Source: Pyrinomonadaceae bacterium (GTDB taxonomy: Bacteria; Acidobacteriota; Blastocatellia; Pyrinomonadales; Pyrinomonadaceae). From it: a stretch of DNA of 64,000 nucleotides. Positions 28,742 to 39,100 of the stretch are shown here, one piece after another (the stretch's first letter is position 1; each line of letters begins with the position of its first letter). Position numbers and translations under genes: made by a program. The notes beneath the pieces were generated by a model that worked only from the letters and a program-made list of their open reading frames with translations, did no database searches and was not told the DNA's origin. The DNA is taken from the NCBI GenBank assembly GCA_035257465.1, contig DATEXA010000239.1:3809-67808 (forward strand), read 5' to 3'.

Positions 28742-28825
28742 CCCCCAAACCTGTCTAGTTCATTTACCGTTTTGAGGAGCTAAATATTCCCCGTTGTCTC
28801 GCTCAAGATGACCAGTGAGAAATGC

Positions 28826-28851
28826 AAAAGGGCGACCTCGAAAAGTCGCCC
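28826..28851 (-). terminator. Rho-independent terminator after the ECF sigma gene
   Basis: The minus strand reads GGGCGAC-ttttcgag-GTCGCCC followed by TTTT. Confidence 0.6.
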
Positions 28852-28974
28852 CTCTACAACTTGATTTTCAGTGTGCGGCAGGCCTTAGAAAACGTATCGA
28901 AGCTGAAAGCACAAGCCTTTAGGATCGTTCTTAGGCAGGTGGTAATTTGATCGAGATTAGCAACGTTTCTTAAC

Positions 28975-29577
28975 TCAGGCCCATTGATGAGCCCCATGAT
29001 GGAGCAGAGCCGGCGAAGTAGGAAGTGCGCTTTGTGTTGTCTTTCGATTGGTGAGCAGCTTACGAAGCTTCATGCGAGCTTTGTGCAATTGCGACTTTGA
29101 GGTTCCAACCGAACAACCAAGCAGCTGACCAATCTGTTCATGCTCATAGCCCGCTACATCGTGAAGGATGAAGACAGCTCGATAACCTGGCGCCAACTGG
29201 CTAATTGCCTCGTCCAGCGAAATGCGATCGATTAGGGCCATCCTGCTCGGGTTCTCTGTTCCCGCCACAATCCGAAGTGGCAGAGTGCCATCTTCCGTCG
29301 TTTGCTCACTCTTTACGTTAGGCTTACGAAAATGCATCAACACTTGATTGACCGCCAGTCTATGGAGCCACGTGCTAAACGAAGAGTCACCGCGAAACGT
29401 GTCAATCTTGCGAAAAAGTTGGATGAAGACCTCTTGGGCCAGATCCTCAGCTTGCGTCGCGTTTCTGATCATTCTCAGGCACAGAGCGTAAATACGGTGA
29501 TGATAGCGACGGTAGACCTTTTCGAACGCCTCCATGTCACCTGTGGCCGCAAGCTGTGCATCTGCGTCTGCCGTCAT
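28975..29577 (-). CDS. ECF-type sigma-70 family RNA polymerase sigma factor
   Basis: '[38 protein letters not shown]' (region 2) and '[45 protein letters not shown]' (region 4). The start is at the internal Met, although the ORF is open to 29712. Confidence 0.9.
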   Translation of the reverse strand: MTADADAQLAATGDMEAFEKVYRRYHHRIYALCLRMIRNATQAEDLAQEVFIQLFRKIDTFRGDSSFSTWLHRLAVNQVLMHFRKPNVKSEQTTEDGTLPLRIVAGTENPSRMALIDRISLDEAISQLAPGYRAVFILHDVAGYEHEQIGQLLGCSVGTSKSQLHKARMKLRKLLTNRKTTQSALPTSPALLHHGAHQWA

Positions 29578-29674
29578 TTCTGTACCCTTTCGGACTAACC
29601 TTGAGCCCTCATCAAGCTCGACCGAAGCATCCGTACTGCAAATGCGACGGCCGAGTTTGCTGGCCAACCGTTCA

Positions 29675-30133
29675 TTACAGAACGCCAACAATGACCACGG
29701 TCTCGACCGCAAGGTTTTCAGCTATCTTTCCTGTTGACGATTTTCCATGGAGATTGCTTTGGATATCACGCTCGCTCTGTGACAGATAAAACTGTCGCCC
29801 CGTTGTTTCACCCGCGGGCCAAACCTGGAAAAGGAAGTATTGATCTCCATAACGATGGAAAACCAGCGTTCCCTTGTCCTTGGCTTGCAACGTTTGAACT
29901 GAAGATGAAAAAGGAATCGCTCTCGAACTACCATCCACATCAAGAATCGAGAGGACCGTATCATCAGAATCTCGTCTTGCTCGACCAATCGAGTATTTGC
30001 CCGACGAAAGTTTCTTGTCGGCTACGATGAAATCGAACGGAATGTTTGCCCTGATCTTATTCGCGAGAGATTGGCCCTGCGCTGACGTTACAGCAGTTAC
30101 AAACACGATCGCGCTCAGGAGACTAATCTTCAT
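29675..30133 (-). CDS. Secreted hypothetical protein
   Basis: Signal peptide '[20 protein letters not shown]', followed by '[19 protein letters not shown]'. No family was recognised. Confidence 0.7.
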   Translation of the reverse strand: MKISLLSAIVFVTAVTSAQGQSLANKIRANIPFDFIVADKKLSSGKYSIGRARRDSDDTVLSILDVDGSSRAIPFSSSVQTLQAKDKGTLVFHRYGDQYFLFQVWPAGETTGRQFYLSQSERDIQSNLHGKSSTGKIAENLAVETVVIVGVL

Positions 30134-30487
30134 TAACCCACCCGCAAATTGTATCTTCATACTCTCTCACTCTCATTTGTAATTAGAGGCTCAATGCCTC
30201 GCGATGTAGATACCGCTTAAGCCGTCTTTTTATTCCAGGGAATAATTGATCCTCTTTGCCGAGGGCTTGGAAAGAGTTTCGGAACTTTGAAGTGGACCAG
30301 AAAGGAGTTGTCGATGCAGAAAACGCTCGGTGAAGGAAGTACTTAGGTCTTTTTATGCAGCAGCTGTCAAGTCAAAACCAAGTGCCGGATCAAAGCGAAA
30401 GGGCCAATCGCTACGAATCCCGTAGTTGCTACGAAGAGAACTCGGAGATCTGAACAGAGAAAGTTCTGAAATTCTAATTTGCAATCA

Positions 30488-30859
30488 TCAAGCTCTGCGT
30501 ACAGGCGCACAAAGCTCCAAAGCATGTCCATCGGGATCGGAGAAATAAACGGACTTCGCTGGCATCCACTCGTGATACACAGGACCTTCGATCGAAACAC
30601 CTCGCTCTAACAAGGCAGCGGCGGCGGCCTCGATATCGACCTCGTCGACAGTAAAAGCAAAGTGTTGTGTTGGCCAATCTGATTTGTCTTCCTGAAGAAC
30701 CACCATGCCGGCTTGCCCACCGGCTCTCAAGAACAACCACTTGCGCTGTTCGTCTCTAATCCCAACCTCGAGTCCCAAAGTTTCCCGGTAAAAGGTTTCG
30801 GACCTCGAGAGATCCTTGACTCGAATTGCTACCTCGTAAAGGCCACGAATAGGAAACAT
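30488..30859 (-). CDS. VOC / glyoxalase-family protein
   Basis: 'YEVAIRVKDLSRSETFYRETLGLEV' and 'YFSDPDGHALEL' are typical of the glyoxalase/bleomycin-resistance fold. The start is at 'MFPIRG', after GGAAAGGA. Confidence 0.85.
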   Translation of the reverse strand: MFPIRGLYEVAIRVKDLSRSETFYRETLGLEVGIRDEQRKWLFLRAGGQAGMVVLQEDKSDWPTQHFAFTVDEVDIEAAAAALLERGVSIEGPVYHEWMPAKSVYFSDPDGHALELCAPVRRA

Positions 30860-31072
30860 GTCTTCCATCCTTTCCTGAAGTCGAACCACCTGGTTCAAGC
30901 CTTGAATAAAGAGTCTGGAACCGGATGATCTAGCGCACGACTTCAACGCCGCTCGAATGCGCGCGGTGTAATGACAGGAACTGACTTGAAGCCATCAACG
31001 CCAATCCGCCAGCACTACTTATATATACTGTTGCAACGGCTCAAATATTCCCAATAACAAATCGAGACTCTT

Positions 31073-31261
31073 GCAAAAACTTAACTTCTCATTCTCCCCT
31101 GGCTTTAGCCTGGGGAGCAGCGCTCGCATGAACCATTGGAACCGTTACGGTTTCCGAAGAATTCCAGTGTTTCTTGATAAACCGTTGAAACGATTAACTA
31201 CTTTTCCAAATCGCCCTAACCCCAAGCTGAAGCTTGGGGAGAATGAGAAGTTGATTTTTGC
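31073..31261. mobile_element. MITE-like non-coding element with ~42-bp terminal inverted repeats
   Basis: The left end is gcaaaaacttaacttctcattctcccctggctttagcctgggg. The reverse complement of the right end is gcaaaaatcaacttctcattctccccaagcttcagcttgggg, nearly identical. The element is 189 bp with no credible ORF. Confidence 0.6.
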
Positions 31262-31330
31262 TGACCTTATTCTTTTTGATCGTTGATAAGGACTACATCG
31301 CTAACAACTCTGCCCATGAGGATTACAGTA

Positions 31331-32194
31331 CTAATCAACACCACTTGTGCCTCTGACTATGATCACATTCGCTGGGATCTTCATTTGGTCGTTCGGAAAA
31401 AACTCGCGCGCTGCTTTCTGAACTTCCTCGGCTATTACTTCTCGTTGCGTTGAATCAATCGTTGCCAACTTCTCTCGCAACGTCCCGGATGTTTCGGATC
31501 GCAGTTCCCAAAACTCTTCAGGCGAGATTGGCGCCTCAAGATCGAACTTGAACACTCGCTCCTTGACCTCGACTGCACCAGCCTCTGAAAGAATTCGAGA
31601 AAGACTCCCGAGCTCGGCGAAACGAAACGCGCCTAGTAAATTCGATTCCGCAGGCTCAGGTTCAAAGTGTCTCGCAATGACATTGGTAACCACGTGAGAG
31701 AACGGATTGAGTTCGGCTTTACCCCAAACGGCAAGTGCTACCACACCTTCCGGCTTCGTGACTCTTAACATTTCGCGCATCGCCGCATCCGGATCAGGAA
31801 AGAACATTGCTCCAAACCTGCAGAGCGCAACATCAAACGATTTACTATCAAACGGAAGGTGGTCGGCCGCGCACTGTTCAAACAAAACATTTTTCAGTTT
31901 TCGTCTTTGCGCCTCCTCTTTGGCCGTGGCGACCATTTCCGGGGCGACGTCGGTGTACACGACTGACCCAGTTGGGCCAACAGCATCTGCAATAGTAAGG
32001 GAAGGCTCGCCGGCTCCGCCTGCAACATCCAGTACCCTCCCTCCTTCAATGATCTCGGCCTCATCGATTAGTGCTTGCGTGAGGGGACTAAACATTGTTC
32101 GAAGCGTAGCAGCGTGTTTTCTCCAGTACCGAGCAGACGCACGCCACTCGCGCAAAGTTTTCTCTGCCTGATCGTCTCTCATCTTTTCGCCCAA
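31331..32194 (-). CDS. Class I SAM-dependent methyltransferase
   Basis: 'VLDVAGGAGEPSLTIA' (motif I), 'VVYTDVAPEMV' and 'FDVALCRFGAMFFPD'. Confidence 0.85.
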   Translation of the reverse strand: MGEKMRDDQAEKTLREWRASARYWRKHAATLRTMFSPLTQALIDEAEIIEGGRVLDVAGGAGEPSLTIADAVGPTGSVVYTDVAPEMVATAKEEAQRRKLKNVLFEQCAADHLPFDSKSFDVALCRFGAMFFPDPDAAMREMLRVTKPEGVVALAVWGKAELNPFSHVVTNVIARHFEPEPAESNLLGAFRFAELGSLSRILSEAGAVEVKERVFKFDLEAPISPEEFWELRSETSGTLREKLATIDSTQREVIAEEVQKAAREFFPNDQMKIPANVIIVRGTSGVD

Positions 32195-32392
32195 ATTAAT
32201 TTCTTGCTTTCTGCGTTTGAAGTGGCTCCCTGTAAAGCGCCTTCTAGAAATCTCAATGTCGGTCGCGAACCATATATAATGTCATCAGCGATCACTCGGG
32301 ACTTTACTCTTTCGGTTCGCGGGCCACCGCTTTATAGCATCAACGTTCGGACGCTGGCGAGGCCAAGTGAATGCACTCACGGAGAACAGCAC

Positions 32393-32995
32393 ATGGCCCC
32401 AATCTCATTTGATCCTCGTCACTGCGCCATGCTTAGCATGGACCTGCAATCAGGCATTGTTGCGGCCTACACACCAGAAAACAACGACCTCGTTTTACGC
32501 GCTGCTGCGCTTCTTGAGCACGGCCGATCCGCGGGAATAACGGTCATTCACGTCAAGGTTGGGTTCCGACCTGGCTTGCCTGAGATCCACCCACGAAACA
32601 TGCTGTTGGGCGGGATCAAGGACTCGCCGAAGCACCAACAACTCTTCGCGGGTGGCTCCGGTGCGATCCATACGGTGGTCGCCCCCAAGGAGGGCGATCT
32701 GGTGGTGACCAAGAGTCGGGTCAACGCGTTCGCTGGGACAGATTTAGAGCTGCTGCTGCGAGCCAAGGAGATCAACACCTTGGTGCTATTTGGCATCGCA
32801 ACCAGTGGGGTAGTGCTCTCGACGATGCTGCATGCAGCCGACGCGGACTATCGAATCTTCATCGTCAAGGACTGCTGCGCTGACCTTGACGACAGGGTAC
32901 ACGGGTGTTTGATTGAGAGAGTCTTCCCGCGCTGTGCGACGGTACTGGCATCGGACGAGATTCTCAGTATGCTCGAATGCGGCCGAACAAATTAA
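32393..32995 (+). CDS. Cysteine hydrolase / isochorismatase-family protein
   Basis: GGAGA Shine-Dalgarno 7 nt before the ATG. Motifs include 'AMLSMDLQSG', 'VVTKSRVNAFAGTDLELLLR' and 'LVLFGIATSGVVLSTMLHAADADYRIFIVKDCCAD'. The upstream part of track ORF 32075-32995 overlaps the convergent gene and is rejected. Confidence 0.85.
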   Translation: MAPISFDPRHCAMLSMDLQSGIVAAYTPENNDLVLRAAALLEHGRSAGITVIHVKVGFRPGLPEIHPRNMLLGGIKDSPKHQQLFAGGSGAIHTVVAPKEGDLVVTKSRVNAFAGTDLELLLRAKEINTLVLFGIATSGVVLSTMLHAADADYRIFIVKDCCADLDDRVHGCLIERVFPRCATVLASDEILSMLECGRTN

Positions 32996-33079
32996 GGATT
33001 AAAAAAATCGGTCCATAAGGCCTGCCCGCCTCTCCCGGACATGTGTTAATCGTCGAACTCTATTAAGATACGTACCAAG

Positions 33080-33460
33080 TTGGCCAACCTGAACACATTG
33101 GCACTAACCAAAAGATCCACAAGTCGTGCGCTTGGTTACTTGTTGTTAACCATAATTGTGCATGGAGTGACGGTGGCCGCGGTCCATCGTCATTCTCGCT
33201 CCTTGCCACTTCCTTCCAATGCGGCAGTTATCAGCAATCCGGATGGATCAAGCACGTCGCCCTCGGGACATTCTCAACGCGACGAGTGTTCGATGTGCCA
33301 GTTTCAACAACAGCTCTTCAACAGCTTCATCCAGACCTGGGCGTTTACAGACACTCCTTTAACACAAGTCTGTCCTACCTCTAACCCGATAGTTGCTTAC
33401 TATTCAACGTCCAGTCGGGCTCTTCGCGGTCGCGCGCCTCCTCTTACTTCCTCGGATTAA
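33080..33460 (+). CDS. Small membrane-anchored His/Cys protein preceding the metal-efflux operon (DUF2946-like?)
   Basis: TM segment 'LGYLLLTIIVHGVTVAAV', followed by 'HRHSRS', 'GHSQRDECSMCQF' and a C-terminal '...RGRAPP'. It has a TTG start with no clear Shine-Dalgarno, so it is uncertain. Confidence 0.45.
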   Translation: MANLNTLALTKRSTSRALGYLLLTIIVHGVTVAAVHRHSRSLPLPSNAAVISNPDGSSTSPSGHSQRDECSMCQFQQQLFNSFIQTWAFTDTPLTQVCPTSNPIVAYYSTSSRALRGRAPPLTSSD

Positions 33461-33571
33461 CCAAGCCATTTCGCCACTCGTCAACTAACGATACCGTTCC
33501 ATCGTGTCTAGTCCTCCGACTTTAGGCGAAGGCTTGAGCTTTCACTTCAAAAAGTCCTGAGAGGCACGTCG

Positions 33572-34927
33572 ATGATCTTCAAGAAAAGAATCACAATCGT
33601 CAAAGGGCCACTTCTGACGGCTCTTATTTTATGGTTCAGTCTTAATCCGGTTTTCGCACAAGACAAGTCGTCTGCGCGTGCGCCCGAAATTGAAATCAAT
33701 TCCCCTGCGGCCATCCTTGTGCGGCAGCAAGCGACGACGGCTCCCGTAAGCCAAGCCATTACGATTTCAGACGCGGTATCGATTTTCTTGCGGCAGAACC
33801 TTCAGTTGGTCGCCGCCCGCTATGACATCGATACGGTAGACGCAGAAAAACTTACGGCGAAGCTTCGACCCAACCCTGAGATCAATATTGGTTTTACGGA
33901 TATTCCCCTCGACTTCAAAGCGGGTTTCGTCAACCCACAAACGTTCGACTACGGCATCTCTCAGACCTTCGAGCTTGGCGGGAAGCGAAGCAAGCGAATT
34001 GGGGCTGCTAATGCAAACTCGGAAGTAGCGCGAGGGCAGTTTCAATTAGTCGTGTGGCAGGCAACGAATGACATGAAGAGGAAATTCGTTACCGTCCTCC
34101 TGGCCCAATCGCTGCTCAATCTGGCAAAAGAAAACCAGAAGACATTTGCGGAAACAATCCAACACACGTCAGAACTCGTCCAGGCTGGCGAAATTTCAGG
34201 TCTGGATCTTACGCGCGTCGAGGTCGAACAACTCAAGTTTGATACCGACGTAGCCAATGCGGAAAGGGATTACGAGGTCGCCCTACGCGACTTGCGGGTC
34301 ACGCTAGGCGGCGATTACCGAGCGATGGAGATTGAAGTCGTCGGGTCGTTGGATCCTCAGCCGTATCAGTTCTCGCTCGGTGAGTTGCGCGATAAGGCAC
34401 TGGCCGCGCGGCCTGACTTGAAGGCCGCACAATTAAGTGAGCGAGCAGCCGATGCTGCCATCCGGTTGCAAGACGCTCAACGCATTCCTGATCTCAACCT
34501 AGGTGCAGGAATCGAACAGGTTCCGTCGGGTGGAAGTACTTATAACTTTGGCATCGGCATCCCACTGCCAGTACACGATCGCAATCAGGGCGGACGAGCC
34601 AAGGCTCTCATTGACAAACGACGTGCGCTAAACGAGCAACAGCTCATCACCAATCAAGTCCTAAGTGATGTGGACAAGGCGCTGGTTGCATATGCAGCGC
34701 AGAAGCGGCGAGTTGAGCTTTATCGCACCGGGGTGCTTACCAAGGTCGACAACATTCAAAGGCTGACTGAATTTTCTTTGAAGGCAGGTGAAAGCTCAAC
34801 GCTTGATTTGTTGGATGCAATTCGAACGCGGCGCGAAACGTTGGCTAGTTACTACCAGACGCTTTTTGATTATCAGGTGTCGCTGCTTGATCTTGAGCTC
34901 GCGACTGCAACACCGATTACGAAGTAG
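33572..34927 (+). CDS. TolC-family outer-membrane efflux protein (CzcC/CusC-like)
   Basis: GAGAGG Shine-Dalgarno, a signal peptide and two TolC repeats, for example 'ARYDIDTVDAEKLTAKLRPNPEI'. Confidence 0.88.
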   Translation: MIFKKRITIVKGPLLTALILWFSLNPVFAQDKSSARAPEIEINSPAAILVRQQATTAPVSQAITISDAVSIFLRQNLQLVAARYDIDTVDAEKLTAKLRPNPEINIGFTDIPLDFKAGFVNPQTFDYGISQTFELGGKRSKRIGAANANSEVARGQFQLVVWQATNDMKRKFVTVLLAQSLLNLAKENQKTFAETIQHTSELVQAGEISGLDLTRVEVEQLKFDTDVANAERDYEVALRDLRVTLGGDYRAMEIEVVGSLDPQPYQFSLGELRDKALAARPDLKAAQLSERAADAAIRLQDAQRIPDLNLGAGIEQVPSGGSTYNFGIGIPLPVHDRNQGGRAKALIDKRRALNEQQLITNQVLSDVDKALVAYAAQKRRVELYRTGVLTKVDNIQRLTEFSLKAGESSTLDLLDAIRTRRETLASYYQTLFDYQVSLLDLELATATPITK

Positions 34928-34943
34928 AAGCGTTGGTGAAAGG

Positions 34944-36152
34944 ATGCAAGAGATGTTCTGTCGAAAAATAGTTCATAACCTTTTTATTCTGCTTCTAACC
35001 ATTGCAGCTCTTGGAGCTTGTAAGAGATCTGCGGAAACCACATCGAATTCATCCGCACAGAAAACAGAGCAGTCGTCGCAGAGCCAGGCAATCGAGACGG
35101 AAACAGTCGCGCTTTCGCCCATCGCCGCAATCATTCCCGCTACGGGAAAAATCCTTGTGCCTGAAGACCGCATGGCAAACATCGGCCCGGTACACGAAGG
35201 CAGGATCGTGCGGCTCTATGCCGGCCAGGGAAGCAATGTGAAGAAAGGACAAAAACTGGCCGATCTTGAATCGGCAGACATTGATGAGGCCGAGGCTGAT
35301 TATCTCAAGGCGCTCGCGGATTACGACAACGCGCGGAAAACGTCAGCGGCTGAGGTAAAGCTGGCCCAGGCTACCTACGATCGCACCAAGATGCTCTTTG
35401 AAAAAACCATCACAGCTCAAAAAAATCTTCAGTCTGCTGAGCATGATCTCGACGTAGCGAAGGCATCGGGCGAAAGCTCTGTAGCTGGAGCGAAAGCAAC
35501 ACTCACTTCGGCTCGTCGCCATTTGCTGATACTCGGTCTAAAAGACTCAGACATTGACGCGCTGGCGAACAAGTCAAGCCTGGCCGCAGTCTTTTCTCTC
35601 AACTCTCCGATCTCTGGAACCGTAATCGAACGCAACGCCACCATCGGCGCGACCGTGGGTTCGGACACAAACTTGTTCAAGATAATCGACATTTCACGTG
35701 TCTGGATCGACGCGAATGTATTTGAGAAAGACCTTGAGCGAGTAAGAGGTGGCCAGGAGGTAAAAGTTTCAGTTCCGGCGTTCCCCGGAGCAAGTTTCTC
35801 AGGCAGGGTCATTCTGGTGAATAGCGTGGTGGACCCGGATACCAGGACCGTTAAGGTTCGCACCGAAGTCCCAAACGCAGATGGCCGACTAAAACCGGAA
35901 ATGTTCGCCAATGTGCAGATCATCACCGATCTACATAAGACCACCACTTCGATCCCACAATCGGCTCTCCTTAACGATGGCGATAAAACTGTGGTCTTTA
36001 TAGCTGAAGGCAGCGGCTACAAGAAGCAACAAGTCAGTGTCGGGCTACAGAGCAACGACCGAGTTGAGATTGTCAGTGGGCTAAACGCTGGCGATAAGGT
36101 GGTGGTGAAGGGCAACTATTTATTACTGCAACAGAGTAGACCCGATCAATAA
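34944..36152 (+). CDS. Efflux RND periplasmic adaptor (CzcB/CusB-like), probable lipoprotein
   Basis: Lipobox 'LTIAALGAC', a coiled-coil hairpin and 'SPISGTVIERNATIGATV' (lipoyl/barrel junction). The 5' extension of the track ORF to 34788 overlaps czcC-like coding sequence and is rejected. Confidence 0.88.
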   Translation: MQEMFCRKIVHNLFILLLTIAALGACKRSAETTSNSSAQKTEQSSQSQAIETETVALSPIAAIIPATGKILVPEDRMANIGPVHEGRIVRLYAGQGSNVKKGQKLADLESADIDEAEADYLKALADYDNARKTSAAEVKLAQATYDRTKMLFEKTITAQKNLQSAEHDLDVAKASGESSVAGAKATLTSARRHLLILGLKDSDIDALANKSSLAAVFSLNSPISGTVIERNATIGATVGSDTNLFKIIDISRVWIDANVFEKDLERVRGGQEVKVSVPAFPGASFSGRVILVNSVVDPDTRTVKVRTEVPNADGRLKPEMFANVQIITDLHKTTTSIPQSALLNDGDKTVVFIAEGSGYKKQQVSVGLQSNDRVEIVSGLNAGDKVVVKGNYLLLQQSRPDQ

Positions 36153-36184
36153 CTCAACAAGCTAACAGCAATTATGGACAGATC

Positions 36185-39100
36185 ATGACAGACAACTTTA
36201 TTGCCTTCTTTTATCGAGAGCGGCTGCTGGTGGCGGTTGTCTCGATGCTGATCGTAGCCGGCGGAGTTTTGGCGCTCACCAAGTTAAATGTGGACGCCTT
36301 CCCCGATGTGACTCCCGTGCAGGTCGAGATCGATACTGAGGCCCAGGGTCTGGCCCCCCAGGAGGTCGAGCAACTCATAACCTTTCCCATCGAGAACGTG
36401 ATGAACGGCATCTCTGGAGTGGTGCGGGTACAGTCGATTTCAAAGTTCGGTCTATCGGTGGTGAACGTTTATTTTCGTGACGACGTCGATATCTATTTCG
36501 CACGGCAGCAGGTCTTCGAGCGACTCTCATTAGCAAAGGATAGTATGCCGGCGGGGTTCGAACCTGGTATGGGGCCCATCACTACCGGAACTGGTCAGAT
36601 TTATCTTTATGAAATCGTAGGTCGTGGAAAGAGCAATCAGGAACTGCGTACCATCCAGGACTGGATCGTCAAACTGCAATTGCGAACGGTCCCCGGCGTC
36701 GCCGATGTGCTGAGTTTTGGCGGAGATGTGAAGCAGTATCACGTCATAGTCGATCAACAAGCGTTGGTCAATTACAACATCCCGTTGAAGTCACTCTTCG
36801 AAGCCATTCAGGCGAACAATCAAAACACTGGGGCTAACTTCATCGAGCACGGCGACGATCAATACGTGATTCGTGGACTCGGGCTGGTCGAGAGCATCGA
36901 CGATATTAAGAACATCGTGCTTGACTCTCGCGGCGGCACAGCTATTCGCGTTAGTGACGTTGCGCAAGTTCAAATCGGAAACGAGATCCGTCAGGGCGCC
37001 GTCACCAAGGATGGCCAGGGCGAAGTGGTAACCGGGATAGTTCTGAAACGAATTAATGAAAACACCAAGCAGGTAATCGAGCGGGTAAAGGAGAAAGTAG
37101 TCGAGATTAATAAGACGCTGCCCGAAGGTGTCAGCATCGTCGACTATTACGATCAATCAGAGCTGGTCGATAACAGCACCCACACCGTGGTCAAGTCGCT
37201 AATCGAGGGCGAGTTGCTGGTGTTGGTGATTCTTTTGTTGTTGCTTGGAGATTTTCGTGGCTCCCTCATCACCGCCGCTGCAATTCCCTTCTGCATGCTC
37301 GTTGCTTTCATCCTCATGTGGTACTCCGGGCTCTCTGCCAATCTCACCTCGCTCGGCGGGCTCGCAATAAGCATCGGCATGATGGTCGATGCAACGATAG
37401 TAATGGTTGAAAACATTTACCGGCATCTTGAAGAACACCGCGAACATTCCATGCGCGAGGCAATACTGGTTGCCGCCCAGGAAATCGGTCGACCGATGTT
37501 CTTCGCGATCCTCATCGTCATAGCCGTTTTCCTACCCGTCTTCACCCTTGAGGGAGTAGAAGGCAAGTTATTCAAGCCACTAGCCTACGCTGTCACATTC
37601 TCGATGATCGGATCAATGTTAATGGCGTTATGCATTGCGCCGATGCTGTGCGCCTTGTGGTTACGGTTAAAGAAGGGCGCAGTTCGCACAAATCCGATCG
37701 TCGGATTTTTTAAGGGGATCTATGTACCGGTTCTAAAGTTTGCGATCGCTCACCGCTATCTAACGCTGATATTTGCCGGCGCCTTATTAATCTGGAGCGT
37801 TGCGGACATCTTCATACTTGGCAATGAGTTTCTCCCTACGATCGATGAAGGCAATATGCTCGTTCGGGCGACGATGCCCGCCAGCATTTCGCTTTCCAGG
37901 GCGATCGATGTCTCGACCCAGATCGAAAAATCGTTGCGAGAGTTTCCTGAAGTTGAAACCGTAGTTGCCAAAATCGGACGAGCTGAACTGGGCGGAGATC
38001 CTGAAAGTGTCAGCAACGACGAGTTATATGTGCATTTGAAACCTAAGGAGCAGTGGACTACAGCAAAGACCAAAGATGAATTGGTCGACGCCTTACGCCG
38101 CAGGGTGCAAGGCATTCCCGGGGTCGAGTTCAACTTTTCTCAGGTTATTCAAACTCGGAACGATGAGCTGCTATCGGGCATCAATGCTCAGATTGCCATA
38201 AAGATTTTTGGCGAAGACCAGGATACCTTGCGCCAGGTGGCCGAAAGTATTCGTGAGTCGATTTCTCATGTGCGCGGAGTAAAAGATCTTGCGGTAGAAC
38301 AGTCGGCAGGTGAAGAACATCTTGAGATCGCGTTGGACCGAAACAAACTGGCCCGCTACGGACTCAACATTGCCGACGTGCTTGAGGTCGCTAAGATTGC
38401 AATAGGCGGGGATGAGGCCACTGACGTACTCGAAGGTCAACGCCGTTTTGCGATATTTGTGCGCTTGAAGCAGGACTACCGCAACCAGGTTGAGAAGCTC
38501 AACGATATTTTGGTGACTGCTCCTATTGGTGGCCAGGTGCCTCTCGGTCAGTTAGCAACCTTTCGCCTCTCGAGCGGTGATTCGGTCATCAGCCGTGAGA
38601 ACGCTTTGCGCCGCATCGTGGTGAAGTGCAACGTCACCGGTCGCGACATCGGCAGCTTTGTTAAAGACGCCCAGGCCGCGGTCGCAGCGCAGGTCAAGAC
38701 CCCTGCCGGATATTTCGTCACCTGGGGGGGGCAATTCGAAAACGCTCAGCAAGCCACTCGACGACTGCTCATAGCTATTCCAATTGCGCTGCTCCTCGTG
38801 TTCATACTGATTTACACGTGCTTCAATTCCCTCCGTAACACCCTAACGATTATTTTCAACATCCCGATCGCTCTGGTGGGGAGCACAACATTTCTGTTGA
38901 TCTCAGGTTTTCCGATAAGCGTTCCGGCAATCGTTGGGTTCATCGCGGTCTTTGGAATCGCAGTACAAAACGGAATGGTGATGGTGTCTTACATCAACAA
39001 GCTTCGTGATAGAGGCTTGGATCTGCACGAAGCTGTGATCACCGGCGCTAGTGTTCGCTTACGAGCAGAGTTGTTAAGCGCGTTGATAGGAAGTATCAGC

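Noticed and set aside
30200-30260. ECF-type promoter guess (minus strand GGAAT-N17-GGTATC) upstream of secreted-protein gene 29675-30133.
   Set aside because: The -35 lacks the AAC core, and the -10 does not match a defined ECF group motif. It is indistinguishable from chance by eye.
32075-32392. 5' extension of the isochorismatase-family ORF.
   Set aside because: The extension runs antisense through the start of the methyltransferase gene 31331-32194. The isochorismatase homology begins only at 'MAPISFDP' (32393), which has its own GGAGA Shine-Dalgarno.
34788-34943. 5' extension of the adaptor ORF overlapping the end of the TolC-like gene.
   Set aside because: The extension is out of frame inside czcC-like coding sequence. 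A lipoprotein signal ('LTIAALGAC') starts right after the Met at 34944/34953.
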